64,000 bases of DNA from positions 384,001-448,000 of the forward strand of contig CM000435.1 of NCBI GenBank assembly GCA_000165345.1. The letters run 5' to 3'. A program made the translations under genes and the position numbers. Below are positions 38,316 through 50,828 of the stretch, in pieces. The first letter of the stretch is position 1; every line of letters starts with the position of its first letter. The notes beneath the pieces were generated by a model. The model worked only from the letters and a program-made list of their open reading frames with translations. It had not been told where the DNA came from and searched no databases.

Positions 38316-41300
38316 ATGTCCTTAGATCCGAGTCAACTTTCGCAGCTGGAAGGGCTGTGTGAGTCTTTCTATGGGTAAGTTTACAAACAACTAGTGAAAG
38401 CAAAAAAGCGTTTTTAAAAGTGGGGTCTTAGGTTTTCACTAGGAATAGATCTTGTAAATTCTTGTGATTTTTAACTTTAATTTTTATTTTCTTAACTAAA
38501 ATTGCAGGGGAGATGTGAATCAGCAAAAACAGGCTCACGAGGTTTTGCTTCCCTTGACATGTAATCTTGGATGTCTGACTCAGCTCCAAGCTTTGCTTGC
38601 CCAAAGCAGCAATCCCCACGCCTTAATGTTTGCTGCAACAGGTCTTTCTAAGCTCTTTACGTCTTGTTGGGCTCAAATTCCAGATAATCAAAAAGAGGAA
38701 ACCAAAACATTTCTATTAAATTACCTCTATAAGTGTGGTCCTGATATGTTACGTTCAGCTCCTTATTTGGTTGGCCACTATGTTCGTCTTTTGGCTCAGT
38801 TGGTGAAATTCGGGCTTCTAGACTCCTTGTCTCCTAGGCCAACAATTACCGATCAAGTTGGGCAGTTTCTAAGTGCTTCCACTTCTCATTGGATCATTGG
38901 TTTAATAATCTTTACGACTTTGACTCAAGAGATGCAAACTTCTACAGGTTTATACTTTGCAAAGTATAGAAGGGCCGCAATACTATTCAGAGATACTTCT
39001 CTTCCAGTAATATTTCAGATTGCAATTAAAACTCTTCGTCAGTTCCACTTAGGAAGCGTTTCAGTTTCTACTCAGCATGAAGAGTATAGACTTCTTCGCC
39101 AGGTACTGCAATTAACCCTTTGCTGTCTTTCTTATGACTTTATGGGAACAGTACCTGATGAAACATCTGAGGAGCAGAATACAGTTATGATTCCCCATTC
39201 CTGGACAATTCTCAGGGAGGAATATATTCCCATAATATTCTTTGATATCTATGCAAAATGCTGCTCTCCGAACAGTTCCATGCCAGATTGTGCTTCAATC
39301 TGTCTCCAATGTCTCATCCTTTACTCCTCAGTTAGAAGATCCTTCTTCCCTACCCAAGCTGATAGAACTCGTTCTTTAGCAGCTCTAATGACTGGTACAG
39401 CTGGTATCATCCAAACTAAGATGGGCCTTGAACACGAGAGCTGCTATCATGAACTTTGCAGACTTTTGGGGAAGCTTAACACTGCAAACCAGCTCACAGA
39501 ACTCTCGTCTTCGGAAGCATTTGGACTCTGGATAGACCAGGTTTACAATTTTACTATTAAGTCTCTTGAGGAATGGAGCGTCTTACCAAACAGTAAGCAT
39601 TATCTCCTTGGTCTTTGGAGTCATATGGTTATCCCTTTACTCTACCAAGGGGATAGAGCTCCACAGAATCTTGAAAAGTATATCCATCATATAACAGTCA
39701 CCTTCATCCAAAGTAGGATGAAGCTTGCTGAGGCAATTGCTAGAGGCTCGGATGTAGAAGACCCTCTGGAAAGCGAAGTTGCAAGAACTGAGCAGCTTGA
39801 TGTTCTTTCTCAATTGAGTAGATGCCAATACCACGAAACTGCAGAATTCATTGTACAGCTCTTTGAACAGGTTACAGATGCAGCTAAAAACGGCAGCATT
39901 TCTCAGGATTGCTTTATTTCTCAAATTACCTGGTGTGTGTATATGCACGGAGCTTTAATTGGAGGACATAGCATTAAGTTAAGAAGACCTTTACTCCCTA
40001 GTGGCTCTTCATCCTCATCGGGAACTAGCAGACCAGATCAGAAGAACCAGGTATCACACCATGTTTTGAACGGAAAGCTCGCTAGACTTGTCTTTGGCCT
40101 CTCTCAACAAACTGACCAACTTCCAGAGACACCTGAGTCATTAGAATTGGCCTATCTCTATTTCTTGGAGCAGTTTAGAAAGGTTTGTCTCGGAGATTAC
40201 GCAAAACAATTTATTCAGCCTGAGACTGAGGACGCCACCTTGGCATCAATTCTGGGCGTCCAATCTGATGATGATGTTTTGAGCCTCATTATAAGCAAGA
40301 TTGGAAGGAATCTACAAGCCAAGAGTAATATGGAGAGTGTAGTTCAAAAGACTCTTTCTCTATTTCACGAATTGGTAGCTGGGATCTCGATCGTCCAGTA
40401 TACTGACAGAACTACCCATCTCATAGTTTCTGGACGACTTCTTCTCAAAAATGAACAAGTCAAGAAGATACTTTGCAACCATGCTTCTCCAGAGTTTGCT
40501 TTCCTGAACAATCCAAGATATGGTAGACATAGGACTTCTTACTATTTCACCCTATCAAAACTCTTGTTCTTAGAGTCAAAGGAGGAAGAGCCTGGAACTC
40601 AGCCTATAACAACTTTTGAAGACTTCATGAAACCTTTAGAGAAAGTTTTTACTTTGATCTGGGATGAAATAATCCTCGGAAACAATTCTTCGAATGGGGG
40701 GGGATATAATATTGGACAGTTCAGGGTTCCATTAATGGCTTTGGCAAGAGACTTAAGAGGCATTTGTATGGCTTGTGTAGGCCCTGAAAGCTACAACCAA
40801 CTTTTTAATTGGTTAGTAAATCGACCTAAACAGCTTGGACAGAGTAGAATTCATCTATTCACTTGGGCAGCTGACAAACTCTGGGAGGACTCTGATGTAA
40901 TGAATGCTTTGCTCAAGTTCATGGCCGAGTTTGTAGACAACAAATCCCAAAGAATAAACTTTGATAAAGCCTCTCCAAATGGAATTCTATTATTCAAAGA
41001 AGTTTCTTCATTAATTTGCACTTATGGCTCCAGAATCTTATCTAAACCTGATTCATCCTTCCAGAATATCTATAAGGAAAAGTATAAAGGTTTAGCTACA
41101 ACGTTAGCTATGCTCTGTCATGCTTTATCTGGAGGATATACAAATTTTGGAGTTTTTGAAGTTTATCAAGACCAATCACTGGAAAACGCTTTGCAACTTG
41201 CCTGTAGGATGTGTTTGGTGATTCCTGAGCATGATTTACAGTCATATATTAAGAGCCTCAAGTCTTATTATGAATTCTTAGAACTTGCAACTAGGTGCTT

Positions 41301-41898
41301 CATGTCCACATTCATCACTTCATTGGAGCCACAAAATCTTGCAACCATTTGTTACTCAATTGAATCTGGTCTGTGTGCTGTTGACAATGTGGTTCTTCTT
41401 GCCTGCTGTGCCACTTTGGATCATTTTGTAAGCTTCATTTTCACGACTCTTGAGAAGGAAAAGATTGTCCTTCCTAATGGAATGGGAGTTTCTAGAAATA
41501 ACGATAATATGAATTATGAACTCGGAGGAGGAAGCCCATCTCTAGTTCAGCAAGGGTCTACCCCTGAAGGAAAAGCTGTATATAGGTTTATGACTGAACA
41601 ACCCAATGCTTTGATTAGAATCATGCAGTTAATGTTCAATTTAATTACGACAGGGGATCTCAGTACTTGGACCTTTTCAAGGTCTTTGCTAGGGATGATT
41701 CTTCTATTTAACAATGAATTTCAGAACATCCAACAACAGCTTATTAACCAGCAGGTTGATGAAAAGAAAGCCAAGTATCAATCTCTTATTCAAGACCTTC
41801 TTAAAGGGACCGATGGAACCCTCTCAGCAGTTAGCAAAGATGCCTTTACAAGAAATCTCCATTTCTTTGCCCACTCAATTCGTTCAAATTCTCTTTAA
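38316..41898 (+). CDS. XPO7: Exportin-7 (RanBP16)-like karyopherin. Two exons: 38316..38374 and 38508..41898.
   Basis: Exon 1 reads MSLDPSQLSQLEGLCESFYG and aligns to the exportin-7 N-terminus (…LAQLENLCKQLYE…). The donor is GGGTAAGTT and the acceptor is AATTGCAG, in phase 2. The remainder is one 1127-aa HEAT-repeat ORF whose track start is GTG. Confidence 0.7.
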
Positions 41899-41984
41899 AA
41901 CTAAATTGTATTTCGTGAATTTTTTTTTGCTTCCACTTGCATCGTTTGCATGAATGCATGCACATGTTCCTTAAATTACAAAAC

Positions 41985-41994
41985 GGGCGGGAAA
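41985..41994. promoter_or_regulatory. Canonical E2F site GGGCGGGAAA (TTTCCCGCCC on the other strand) about 175 bp upstream of Rab7. Overlapping TGCATG copies lie next to it.
   Basis: gcatgaatgcatgcacatg...aaacgggcgggaaactacg. Confidence 0.5.
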
Positions 41995-42169
41995 CTACGT
42001 CGAGTCGGAATTAGTAGAGTAGGGAAAAATCAAAAAAAAAAAATCCTGTGAGCAAATATTATTTAATTTTCTAAGGCTTAAAAAAAAAAATTAGAAAAGT
42101 AGTCAAAACCATTAAAGATAATTTTGTTTCTTTTTGACTTTAGGTTGTTGTTTGCTAGATTGGGGAAGG

Positions 42170-43124
42170 ATGTCAATGGTCCAAAGTAAATCAAATCGCA
42201 AGAGAGTGCTTTTGAAGGTGATTATTCTGGGAGATAGCGGAGTTGGGAAGACTTCATTAATGAATCAGTATGTGAACAGCAAATTTTCGACTCAGTATAA
42301 GGCCACAATCGGGGCTGATTTTCTTACTAAAGACATCGTAATTGATAATAAGCTTGTAACTTTGCAGGTAAGTTAAGAAAGATTAAGTAGGTTGAGATCA
42401 AAACATCAGAGCTTTCAAAACAAATGAGATAAGAGGAGAGGAAAGGTAAAGTAATGGATTAGGTCTATTGCGATCGTTAGGAGGATGATTGATATTGAAA
42501 AAGCACACTCTTTGTATTTGAATGAAACTATGCAAGTTGCTTTTTTTTTTTGAATATATAGAAATATATATGAGCAAGTTGCGTTTGTGGATGATCTTCA
42601 GCTTATGGGTAATAATCTTTAATTGATTTATTAACTCTGAACCTTAAATGATTAATTTAAATTAATTCTTTTAGATTTGGGATACTGCAGGTCAAGAAAG
42701 ATTTCAATCTTTGGGAGTAGCTTTTTATAGAGGAGCTGACTGTTGTGCGTTGGTTTACGATATGACAAACCCAAAATCTTTTGAAGGATTAGATGCTTGG
42801 AGAGAAGAGTTTCTGATTCAAGCAACTCCAAAAGACCCAAACTCTTTTCCTTTTGTTGTTCTGGGAAATAAGTTGGATCTTGATCAGAAATCTAGAAAAG
42901 TTAGTTCCCAAAAAGCTTCAGCATGGTGTAAATCTAAAAACATTGAATACTTTGAAACTTCTGCAAAAAATGCAACGAACGTAGATGCTGCGTTCGAAGA
43001 AATTGGTCGAAGAGCACTTTATAGAGAAACTTCTGAAGATCAAGTCTACATTCCAGAGCCATTAACTCTAAATAATAATAACCAACAACACCACGAAATC
43101 GGATTTGGGGGCTGTTCTTGTTAA
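42170..43124 (+). CDS. RAB7: Rab7 small GTPase. Two exons: 42170..42367 and 42675..43124.
   Basis: [20 protein letters not shown] is the P-loop. The intron begins CAG|GTAAGT and ends TTTTAG. Exon 2 begins [24 protein letters not shown], which is the switch II block. C-terminal GGCSC is the prenylation motif. Confidence 0.9.
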
Positions 43125-43235
43125 ATCATTTATAAAGTCAAAAATAGCTGAGAAGTTGACAGAAAAGGAGAGTACTAATCTTTTTCTCTACTTGATCATA
43201 TAAATTCTCCTATTATTTGAATCTTTAAACTGCAC

Positions 43236-44264
43236 TTAATCAATTGGATCAATAATTCCTCCATCAGAAAGCTGAATTACGCACTCAGATTCTGGCAGAT
43301 GTGGAGAGCCATAAACTTTACATACTCTTTGCTCGCCCTTACCTTTTCTTAAACTAAGCCTTACATGTGAAGCATGACCAATTACGTGTCCACCAACAGG
43401 TTTTGCTACATTCGGCATGAAACTCATACCTCCTGCAGGGTCTGCCATAACATGATTTGTCATAACTATCGCAATATTGAATTGATCAGCCAATTTATTC
43501 AGCTTACTTAATGTTTTATTCAAAATCTGTTGTCTCTCTGCTAACTCTCCTCTTCCTGAGAATTCAGTTCTAAACAATGCAATAATAGAATCCACAATTA
43601 AGAGTGCGAACTTTTCTTCAATCATTTTTCCTGCTGCTGCGCTAATTAACTGATTCAAATGTTCGTGAGTATATGCTCTTGCGTACATGATATTGTCTAA
43701 AGCAACGTCTCCCTGAACACCAAATCTTTCTGCTATCTTTACAATTCTCTCTGGTCTGAAAGTACCTTCAGTATCAATAAAACAGACTTTCCCATTACCT
43801 CCATTCATTTCTAAAGGGAGTTGTGCTGCCACACATAAAGTATGGCAGATCTGAGTCTTCCCGCATCTATTTTCACCAAAAATTTCTGTAATACACATAC
43901 TTTCAAATCCGCCCATCAACATTTTGTCGAACTGCTCACTTCCTGTTGTGATTCTTAAGATATTTTGTCTTCTACTCATGACCTCACTTCCAGACTGAAA
44001 ACTTGATGACTGATCTAATTTTTGTGCTGCTTCTACAATCTTCTCAACTTTTGCCTCAGAAAGACCTTTAATATTACATAATTCCTTTTTGGTTGCTTGA
44101 ATAATGCTTAAAACTGTGCATAAACCTGCAGTTTTCAACTTATTAATATCTGCAACATTGATTCCTGCTGATTGTAATTTATCAATTTCTACAAATGCTT
44201 CTTCTTCAACTCCTTTAGCAGAAACTTGTTTAGCTACTGATTTTGATTGGCAAAAAGCACTCAT
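43236..44264 (-). CDS. DMC1: DMC1-type meiotic recombinase of the RecA/Rad51 family.
   Basis: N-terminal HhH: [22 protein letters not shown]...[22 protein letters not shown], which matches DMC1 (…GINVADIKKLKSVGICT…[22 protein letters not shown]). Walker A is GENRCGKTQ. Later motifs are [26 protein letters not shown] and [25 protein letters not shown]. Confidence 0.8.
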   Translation of the reverse strand: MSAFCQSKSVAKQVSAKGVEEEAFVEIDKLQSAGINVADINKLKTAGLCTVLSIIQATKKELCNIKGLSEAKVEKIVEAAQKLDQSSSFQSGSEVMSRRQNILRITTGSEQFDKMLMGGFESMCITEIFGENRCGKTQICHTLCVAAQLPLEMNGGNGKVCFIDTEGTFRPERIVKIAERFGVQGDVALDNIMYARAYTHEHLNQLISAAAGKMIEEKFALLIVDSIIALFRTEFSGRGELAERQQILNKTLSKLNKLADQFNIAIVMTNHVMADPAGGMSFMPNVAKPVGGHVIGHASHVRLSLRKGKGEQRVCKVYGSPHLPESECVIQLSDGGIIDPID

Positions 44265-44833
44265 TTTTTTTTAATTTAATTGGACTCTTCTTCCCCCTTA
44301 TTTTCTTTTTTTCCGGATTTATTTGTTTAATTTATTGACTGACCATTTATTACATGCGCTATCATCCACTTAAAAATAATCATCGAATTATTGTCAAATT
44401 CGCATGCAGAAATTCCTTTAATGCCGGCAAAACAATTATTTAAATAATTGGATGGGGAAAGGTTTTTTGTTATTTATAAAGTGAAATTAAAAGCAAATGA
44501 TCAAAACAAACTTCAAATTGCAATATTGTCTTTTATTATACATTTCAAGTTAAACATACTTTGCTTTTGTATTTCCTTAAAAAAACGAGCCTGAACGAAT
44601 TTCTTAGATTCGTCTATATTTAAAAAATAAAATTGCATGTAACCGTTCAAAATAATTGTATAACTTGCGCGCGCTGACCATTTTGCCCCCCTCCCTATGA
44701 TTAACGCATTATCTTTTTAAGTCCCAAATATGCTTTTTGCCCTCATAGCAATAACGTCCGCTTGATTTGTATACATTTCCAAAAAAAAACCGCTTTTAGA
44801 ATTACTTCTGTAATTTGTGTACATATTGCTAAA

Positions 44834-45385
44834 ATGGAACAGCACCAACTTATGCTTCAAAATAGAATTGTTAAGACGACATTTGCTATCAAGTCAAAGG
44901 AAGCTGCAATTCAATCTGTAAGTATAATCGACTACTTTCACACTTGAAAGCCGCTTAATCCGATTATTCTTTAAAAAAACACCTTTATTCCAAAAAAAAT
45001 TCATTTAGATCGATAGTATCAGAGATGACGAAAAAGTCTATAGAGAAGTTTCTAGAATGTAAGTAAACTACCAAAACGCAATAATTAATCAATTTTACTT
45101 TGAAACTATTTAATAAACCAAATGCAGGTTTGTGCTAAATACAAAATCATCACTCAAATCACAATTACAAAAAGAATTAGACGATTTGAAAACTCTTCTT
45201 AACAAAATGAAGGTAAGTTTTATACAAAACAGAAAAAAAAAAGAAAATACAAATATCATTTTAATTAAATTCTAACTTCAAACATTTCCCGCCTCACCCA
45301 TTTTTGTTCAATCTTTTTTTTCTATAATCAATATTAGAACTTAGAAGCATCTTGGGACTCAAAGCAAAAAAAAACTAGCCAATGA
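44834..45385 (+). CDS. Small coiled-coil protein of about 88 aa, possibly a beta-type prefoldin subunit. Four exons: 44834..44917, 45009..45058, 45128..45212, 45338..45385.
   Basis: MEQHQLMLQNRIVKTTFAIKSKEAAIQS | IDSIRDDEKVYREVSR | MFVLNTKSSLKSQLQKELDDLKTLLNKMK | NLEASWDSKQKKTSQ. The first three donors are all GTAAGT. The beta-hairpin-like block DEKVYREVSRMFVLNTK sits between two helices, as in prefoldin beta subunits. The last exon is tentative. Confidence 0.35.
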
Positions 45386-46054
45386 GTTATTTAGTATTAT
45401 TTTAGATGATATATATACATATTTAATTCGTTATTTTGTTCAATCCTTTGTTTTTACCTAATTTCCTATTCATTTTTTAAGTAAATCCCTTTATTCTTGC
45501 ATGCAAGTATAAATTTTTGAGTAGCTGACGCAAGCGCATTTACTGCAGGTATTTATAAAAAAAATTGAAACAGAAATAATATAGGAAATAAATAATGAAG
45601 AAAATGCAAAGTTAATAACTAATTTACGAACAAAAGCGGAGAATCTGAACTAATAAGCAATGCATTTCTAGTTAAATAACATAATTGGAATCTCCAGCTA
45701 AACAAAATTGGAAAAATCATTGTAACTAGTTCGCCTAATATTTTAATTAATGTGAAAACTTCAACTCAACCTCTATAAACATACATAATATCTACAATTT
45801 CCATCATATCTTGTATGGGGAATAAATTTGTAATTGGTTAGGTGGTAATTTTCACACAAATGCTACCCCTTTCGTAAATTGTCAAATCAAAATACTCTTA
45901 GGATTTAATAGGCTCAGTCCAAATCTCTTGTTTCAATAGGATTATATATATAAACATATATTGCCTTTTCAAAACCATAGTCACACCCTGTTCGCTCTTG
46001 TAATTAATTATTAATCTCAAGCTCTTAACTAATTCATAATTAAACTCCTCACAT

Positions 46055-46450
46055 TTAAGCAGATGCAGAAGTGTATTTAGTAACAGCTTTAGTTCCTTCA
46101 GAGACTGCATGCTTTGAGAGCTCACCTGGAAGCATTAATCTAACTGAAGTCTGAACCTCTCTGCTTGATAAAGTCCTCTTCTTGTTATACTGAACCAACT
46201 TGACAGCTTCAGCTGAGAGACGATCAAAAACATCATTTATAAAAGAGTTCATGATACTCATGCTCTTCTTACTAATACCAGTCTCTGGATGAACCTGCTT
46301 CAAAACCTTGTAGATGTAAAGAGCAAAGGATTCTGTTCTCTTACGTCTCTTTCTCTTGCCACCGTCTGCTGGAGACTTTCCTGCAGTCTTCTTTGCTGCT
46401 TGCTGCTTCTGGGCTGGTCCCTTAATTGATTTACCACTTTTTCCTGACAT
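46055..46450 (-). CDS. H2B: Histone H2B.
   Basis: MSGKSGKS...[98 protein letters not shown]. The ATG is at 46450, whereas the track starts at an upstream TTG. Confidence 0.9.
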   Translation of the reverse strand: MSGKSGKSIKGPAQKQQAAKKTAGKSPADGGKRKRRKRTESFALYIYKVLKQVHPETGISKKSMSIMNSFINDVFDRLSAEAVKLVQYNKKRTLSSREVQTSVRLMLPGELSKHAVSEGTKAVTKYTSASA

Positions 46451-46804
46451 GGCGATTTTATTATTCAAATTTCAGAATTCTGAATATCTAAATTTTCCTT
46501 TTTTTTCAAGTGGAAAGCGCGGGCAAACTGGCCAATATATTATAATACCCACATGAAATTGCTAATTTACTCGTTTTTATGTGTTTTGTCTATTTTATTG
46601 CTATTCATGCAAAAAAAAAATCGAGGATGATCATTTGATTTATTTTATTCTGTTACAATCACATTTTAACATTAGTTCCTATATTTGTAGATACATTTGT
46701 GTTGAAGCTTCATTGTTTCATCTTCCAAATAAATTTTTAACATTTAAATTTCATGTTAGTTCAATTAAGTCCACTTAAAGCCCGAATATTACAGTTTGTC
46801 AGAA

Positions 46805-46830
46805 CTTTCCCGCATATTTGCATGCATGCA
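46805..46830. promoter_or_regulatory. Composite TTTCCCGC plus TTTGCATGCATGCA element in the divergent H2B/ThrRS spacer.
   Basis: ctttcccgcatatttgcatgcatgcaggc. Confidence 0.45.
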
Positions 46831-47390
46831 GGCAATACCAAAATAGGCAACAAATTAATACATTAAGAGGGGCTTCTTGATAATACGAATTTAATTTTTC
46901 TTTCTCTTGAATTAAATTAAAAATTGAAATAAAATGTTTAATGGTTCAAAGTTTGATCGTTAATGATTTTTTTTGAGCTAATAATTCTAGTTTTTCCAAA
47001 CCAAAAATAACTAGTAGTATTCTACCATTACTTATATTTGTTAAAAATATTCTTGAAATAAATTTAACGAATATCGAAACTAAAAAAACGAATTAACCTA
47101 CATTAAGAAACTTTGAAAAGAGAAAGTTACTTATTTACTCCAAGTAGAATGAATTTATTAATATTAATATCTTAATAACTCTTTGAATTATATTTATATA
47201 AAATTCAAAGTTAAAGATTGTGCGGTAAATTTTATTTTCCTTGATCAAGAAAATCTTGTCAATAAAAGCGTAATAGGAAACTATTAAATTCATTTTTAAT
47301 AAATATATATAAATTTAGCATTGTAAATATATAGTAATTATATTAAAAGTTTTAGAATAAACTTAAAGACCTTAATAATAATTTCCCACT

Positions 47391-49682
47391 ATGGATCCAA
47401 AGAGAATTCAAAAAGGTACTGAAAAAACACTTTCCAGTGTTGGAAAAATTGGTGGAGAATTCAAAGTAGAAAAGAAGCCAGAATTCATAAATAGACGTCT
47501 CTCACTATTCAAAACGCTTTATGAAAAACAATGTGCATTGCTCCAGGAAAAGGCTTCAAAAAATGAACCAATTAAAATTACCCTTCAGAATGGTGATCAA
47601 AGAGACGGTGTTAAGTTCCAAACATCCCCTATGGAAATTGCAAGACAAATATCAAAGAAATTAGCGGAGAGCTGCATTGTAGCAAAAATCAGATATAACA
47701 AATCATTATTTATTGAGGATGATGAAGTTCGTGGTATTGAAGAAGATGAAGAAGAAACATGTTGTCAAGGGCACGAAAATCAAAGTGATGGATGGAGACT
47801 TTGGGATGCAACTAGACCATTAGAAGGGGATTGTGAATTAGAGATTTTAACATTTGATTCTCTTGAAGGTAGTGGTGTTTTCTGGCACTCTTCATCACAT
47901 ATTCTTGGTCAATGTTTAGAAAATGAATATGGAGCTCAAGTTACAATTGGTCCTGCACTTAATCCAGGATTTTACTATGATTCATACATGGGAACTCACA
48001 GTGTTAGTAATACTGAATATTCTGATATTGAAAATTGTGCAAAAACAATAATTTCTGAAAAGCAACAATTTGAAAGGTTACAATGCAATAAAGAAGAAGC
48101 ATTGGAACTCTTTAAAGATAACCCTTTTAAGGTTTCATTGATCATGTCAAAGATCCCAGATGGTGCTCAAACAACAATATATAGATGTGGTTCATTCGTA
48201 GATTTATGTACAGGTCCCCATATTCCTCATACAGGGATTGTTAAGGCTTTTAAAGTTACAAAGAATTCTGGATGTAACTGGCTTGGAAATACTGAAAATG
48301 ATGCATTACAAAGAGTTTATGGTGTATCTTTCCCAGATAAGAAACGCTTAGATGAGTATTTGAATATGTTGGAAGAGGCTAAAAAGCGTGATCATAGATT
48401 ACTTGGATCAAACTTACAGCTATTCTTCTTCGACTCAAATGTATCGCCTGGATCATGTTTCTGGCTTCCAGCAGGAGCAAGACTGTATAATAAGTTAATG
48501 GACTTTATTAGAAATGAATACAGAATTCGTGAATTTACTGAAGTTATTACCCCAAACATTTTTAGTTGCGATTTGTGGAAGACTTCAGGACATTACTTTG
48601 CTTACAAAGAAAATATGTTTATTTTTGATGTAGAAGAAAAGGAATGGGGTCTAAAACCAATGAACTGTCCAGGACACTGTGTTATGTTCAAACATATGAA
48701 TCCATCATATAGACAACTTCCAATTAGATTAGCTGATTTTGGTGTACTTCACAGAAATGAATTTTCTGGTGCTTTAAATGGCTTAACTAGAGTTAGAAGA
48801 TTCCAACAAGATGATGCGCATATCTTCTGTACTCCTGAACAGATCCAAGAAGAAGTATTTAAAGCTCTTGACTTTTTATTCTTCATATATGGTCAATTGG
48901 GATTCACATTCGACCTCTTTCTAAGTACAATGCCAAAAGAACATTTGGGAACAGAAGAACAGTGGAAAGAGGCAGAAAATGCATTAAAGTCTGCATTGGA
49001 TAAGACTGGTAGAGACTGGAAATTAAACCCTGGGGATGGAGCATTTTATGGCCCAAAAATTGATATTATGCTTTGGGATGCCTTAAAAAGGCAACATCAA
49101 TGCGGAACAATCCAACTTGACTTCCAGCTCCCAATTAGATTTAATCTCCAATATAGAACTGACGAAAATATTTCTGAAGAGTCCACAAATCAAGAACAAC
49201 CTCCCTCTCACCAAAATGCTGATCAAAACCCAGACAATAGTCTTAAACAAGGATACAGAAGGCCAGTAATTATTCACAGAGCAATTCTTGGTAGTGTAGA
49301 AAGAATGTCAGCTGTAATTCTTGAACATACAGGAGGAAAATTACCCTTTTGGCTTTCTCCAAGGCAAGCCATTGTTCTCTCTATCTCAGAAAAAACTGTT
49401 GAATATGCTAAATCTGTTGAAAGAGAGCTTTGCAGAAGAGGTTTTGACGTTTCTGGAGATTACAGTGCTGCCACCATTAACAAAAAAATTAGAGAATCAC
49501 AACTTTTGCAATGGAACTACATGCTTGTTATTGGCGAAAACGAAGCAAGAGACAAAAAAGTCACTCTCCGCTGCAGAGATACCACTATTCCCCAAGAATT
49601 ACTTACTTTGGATCAACTTATTCTCAAGTTCTCTTCTATGGGCTTCCCTTCAAGTATCGACTCAAATTCTTCTAACCAATGA
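47391..49682 (+). CDS. TARS: Threonyl-tRNA synthetase of class II, with N-terminal TGS and editing domains.
   Basis: Intronless 763-aa ORF. Motifs: HRLLGSNLQLFFF, FQQDDAHIFC, RRPVIIHRAILGSVERM and GENEARDKKVTLRCRD. Confidence 0.9.
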   Translation: MDPKRIQKGTEKTLSSVGKIGGEFKVEKKPEFINRRLSLFKTLYEKQCALLQEKASKNEPIKITLQNGDQRDGVKFQTSPMEIARQISKKLAESCIVAKIRYNKSLFIEDDEVRGIEEDEEETCCQGHENQSDGWRLWDATRPLEGDCELEILTFDSLEGSGVFWHSSSHILGQCLENEYGAQVTIGPALNPGFYYDSYMGTHSVSNTEYSDIENCAKTIISEKQQFERLQCNKEEALELFKDNPFKVSLIMSKIPDGAQTTIYRCGSFVDLCTGPHIPHTGIVKAFKVTKNSGCNWLGNTENDALQRVYGVSFPDKKRLDEYLNMLEEAKKRDHRLLGSNLQLFFFDSNVSPGSCFWLPAGARLYNKLMDFIRNEYRIREFTEVITPNIFSCDLWKTSGHYFAYKENMFIFDVEEKEWGLKPMNCPGHCVMFKHMNPSYRQLPIRLADFGVLHRNEFSGALNGLTRVRRFQQDDAHIFCTPEQIQEEVFKALDFLFFIYGQLGFTFDLFLSTMPKEHLGTEEQWKEAENALKSALDKTGRDWKLNPGDGAFYGPKIDIMLWDALKRQHQCGTIQLDFQLPIRFNLQYRTDENISEESTNQEQPPSHQNADQNPDNSLKQGYRRPVIIHRAILGSVERMSAVILEHTGGKLPFWLSPRQAIVLSISEKTVEYAKSVERELCRRGFDVSGDYSAATINKKIRESQLLQWNYMLVIGENEARDKKVTLRCRDTTIPQELLTLDQLILKFSSMGFPSSIDSNSSNQ

Positions 49683-50292
49683 ACAAACTTTTCACTTTTT
49701 TTTTAAACAAGTCCCGTAATACCAAAATTTTGGAATTATTAACTTAAAATCTCTTTTAGAGTCATCCTATTCGCTTTTACATATTCCTGCATTCAGTTGT
49801 GTATTTCCGTTCCTATTCTTCAACATCCTGACTTATTCTTTATTGTCACTTTAACTTTAATGTACCTTCCCTCGTTTATATATACCCATCCTTTATTTTT
49901 TATTCCCAAGTTACTTGTTATTACTCATTTTCCCCACATTAAATTCCAAATTGTCTCCATCAGTCACACAAACGCATTGTGCAATTATTAACAACTATTA
50001 ATATGTATGCATGCAATTTTTGTCCACATGATACTTGCAAACTACGTAGCAATGCGTCATGTCTATTTGCCCAAAATGTATTATTTGATAAAGCAAAGAT
50101 TTAATACAATTAGTGAAGAAATAGAGAAACAATTTTTTTTAAGAAGAATCTGGTATTCAAGTATATTTCAATCTTTGTAAAGGAAATTTCTACTTAGAGG
50201 AAACTTGTTTTAAGCCTAATTTAAAAACCTAATTTCATTGTAAAGTTTATTCTTTCGTTGTTGATTTATTCGTTATTATATTTTGTATAGCC

Positions 50293-50743
50293 ATGCCATC
50301 AAAGAAGCAAGATAAAGGTGGTTGTGTACTTGTATTTGAAAAATTTCTCGATGGAATTGGAGTAAGTTTTGGATCATGAAATTCCCATTTTGATAAAAAG
50401 AATACCATTAATACGACCTTTAATTTTTCCTTTTAATTTTTTCCGAAAAAAAAAATGACAAACATTCATTCTCCAATACCTTGAACTATTACTGACTTAT
50501 TTTTCTCCCCAAAAGTTTTTAGGTAGTCAATTAAGAACGGCGTATTTAGCTACTTCTGAAGTCGTGAAAGAATCTGTGTATCCAATGAAAGAAAACTGTA
50601 TTAAGAGATATTCTGAAGCAAATCCAACGTGGCAAAATGTTGGAAGTAAAACCAGCAACCCAAATAATAATACAATTACTTTCACGGATACAAAAGGTAC
50701 TGAAACCATCTTTTCGCAATCAAGTTACAGATCGGGTTTATAA
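50293..50743 (+). CDS. Small hypothetical protein of about 98 aa. Two exons: 50293..50361 and 50516..50743.
   Basis: MPSKKQDKGGCVLVFEKFLDGIG | FLGSQLRTAYLATSEVVKESVYPMKENCIKRYSEANPTWQNVG... The donor is GGA|GTAAGT. The only in-frame acceptor is the AAAAG at 50515, after a pyrimidine tract. No motif recognised. Confidence 0.3.
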
Positions 50744-50828
50744 ATTTCAAGATTGTTGATGAATCAATAGCTTGTATTAACATTATCTAATCCAAAAATT
50801 TTCCCCGATATCACAATTTGTCATTTAT

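Noticed and set aside
39637-39948. An antisense 103-aa ORF inside exportin-7.
   Set aside because: It lies opposite a conserved karyopherin ORF.
45898-46125. A minus-strand ORF overlapping the H2B 3' end.
   Set aside because: It is out of frame with the conserved histone and gives a low-complexity peptide.
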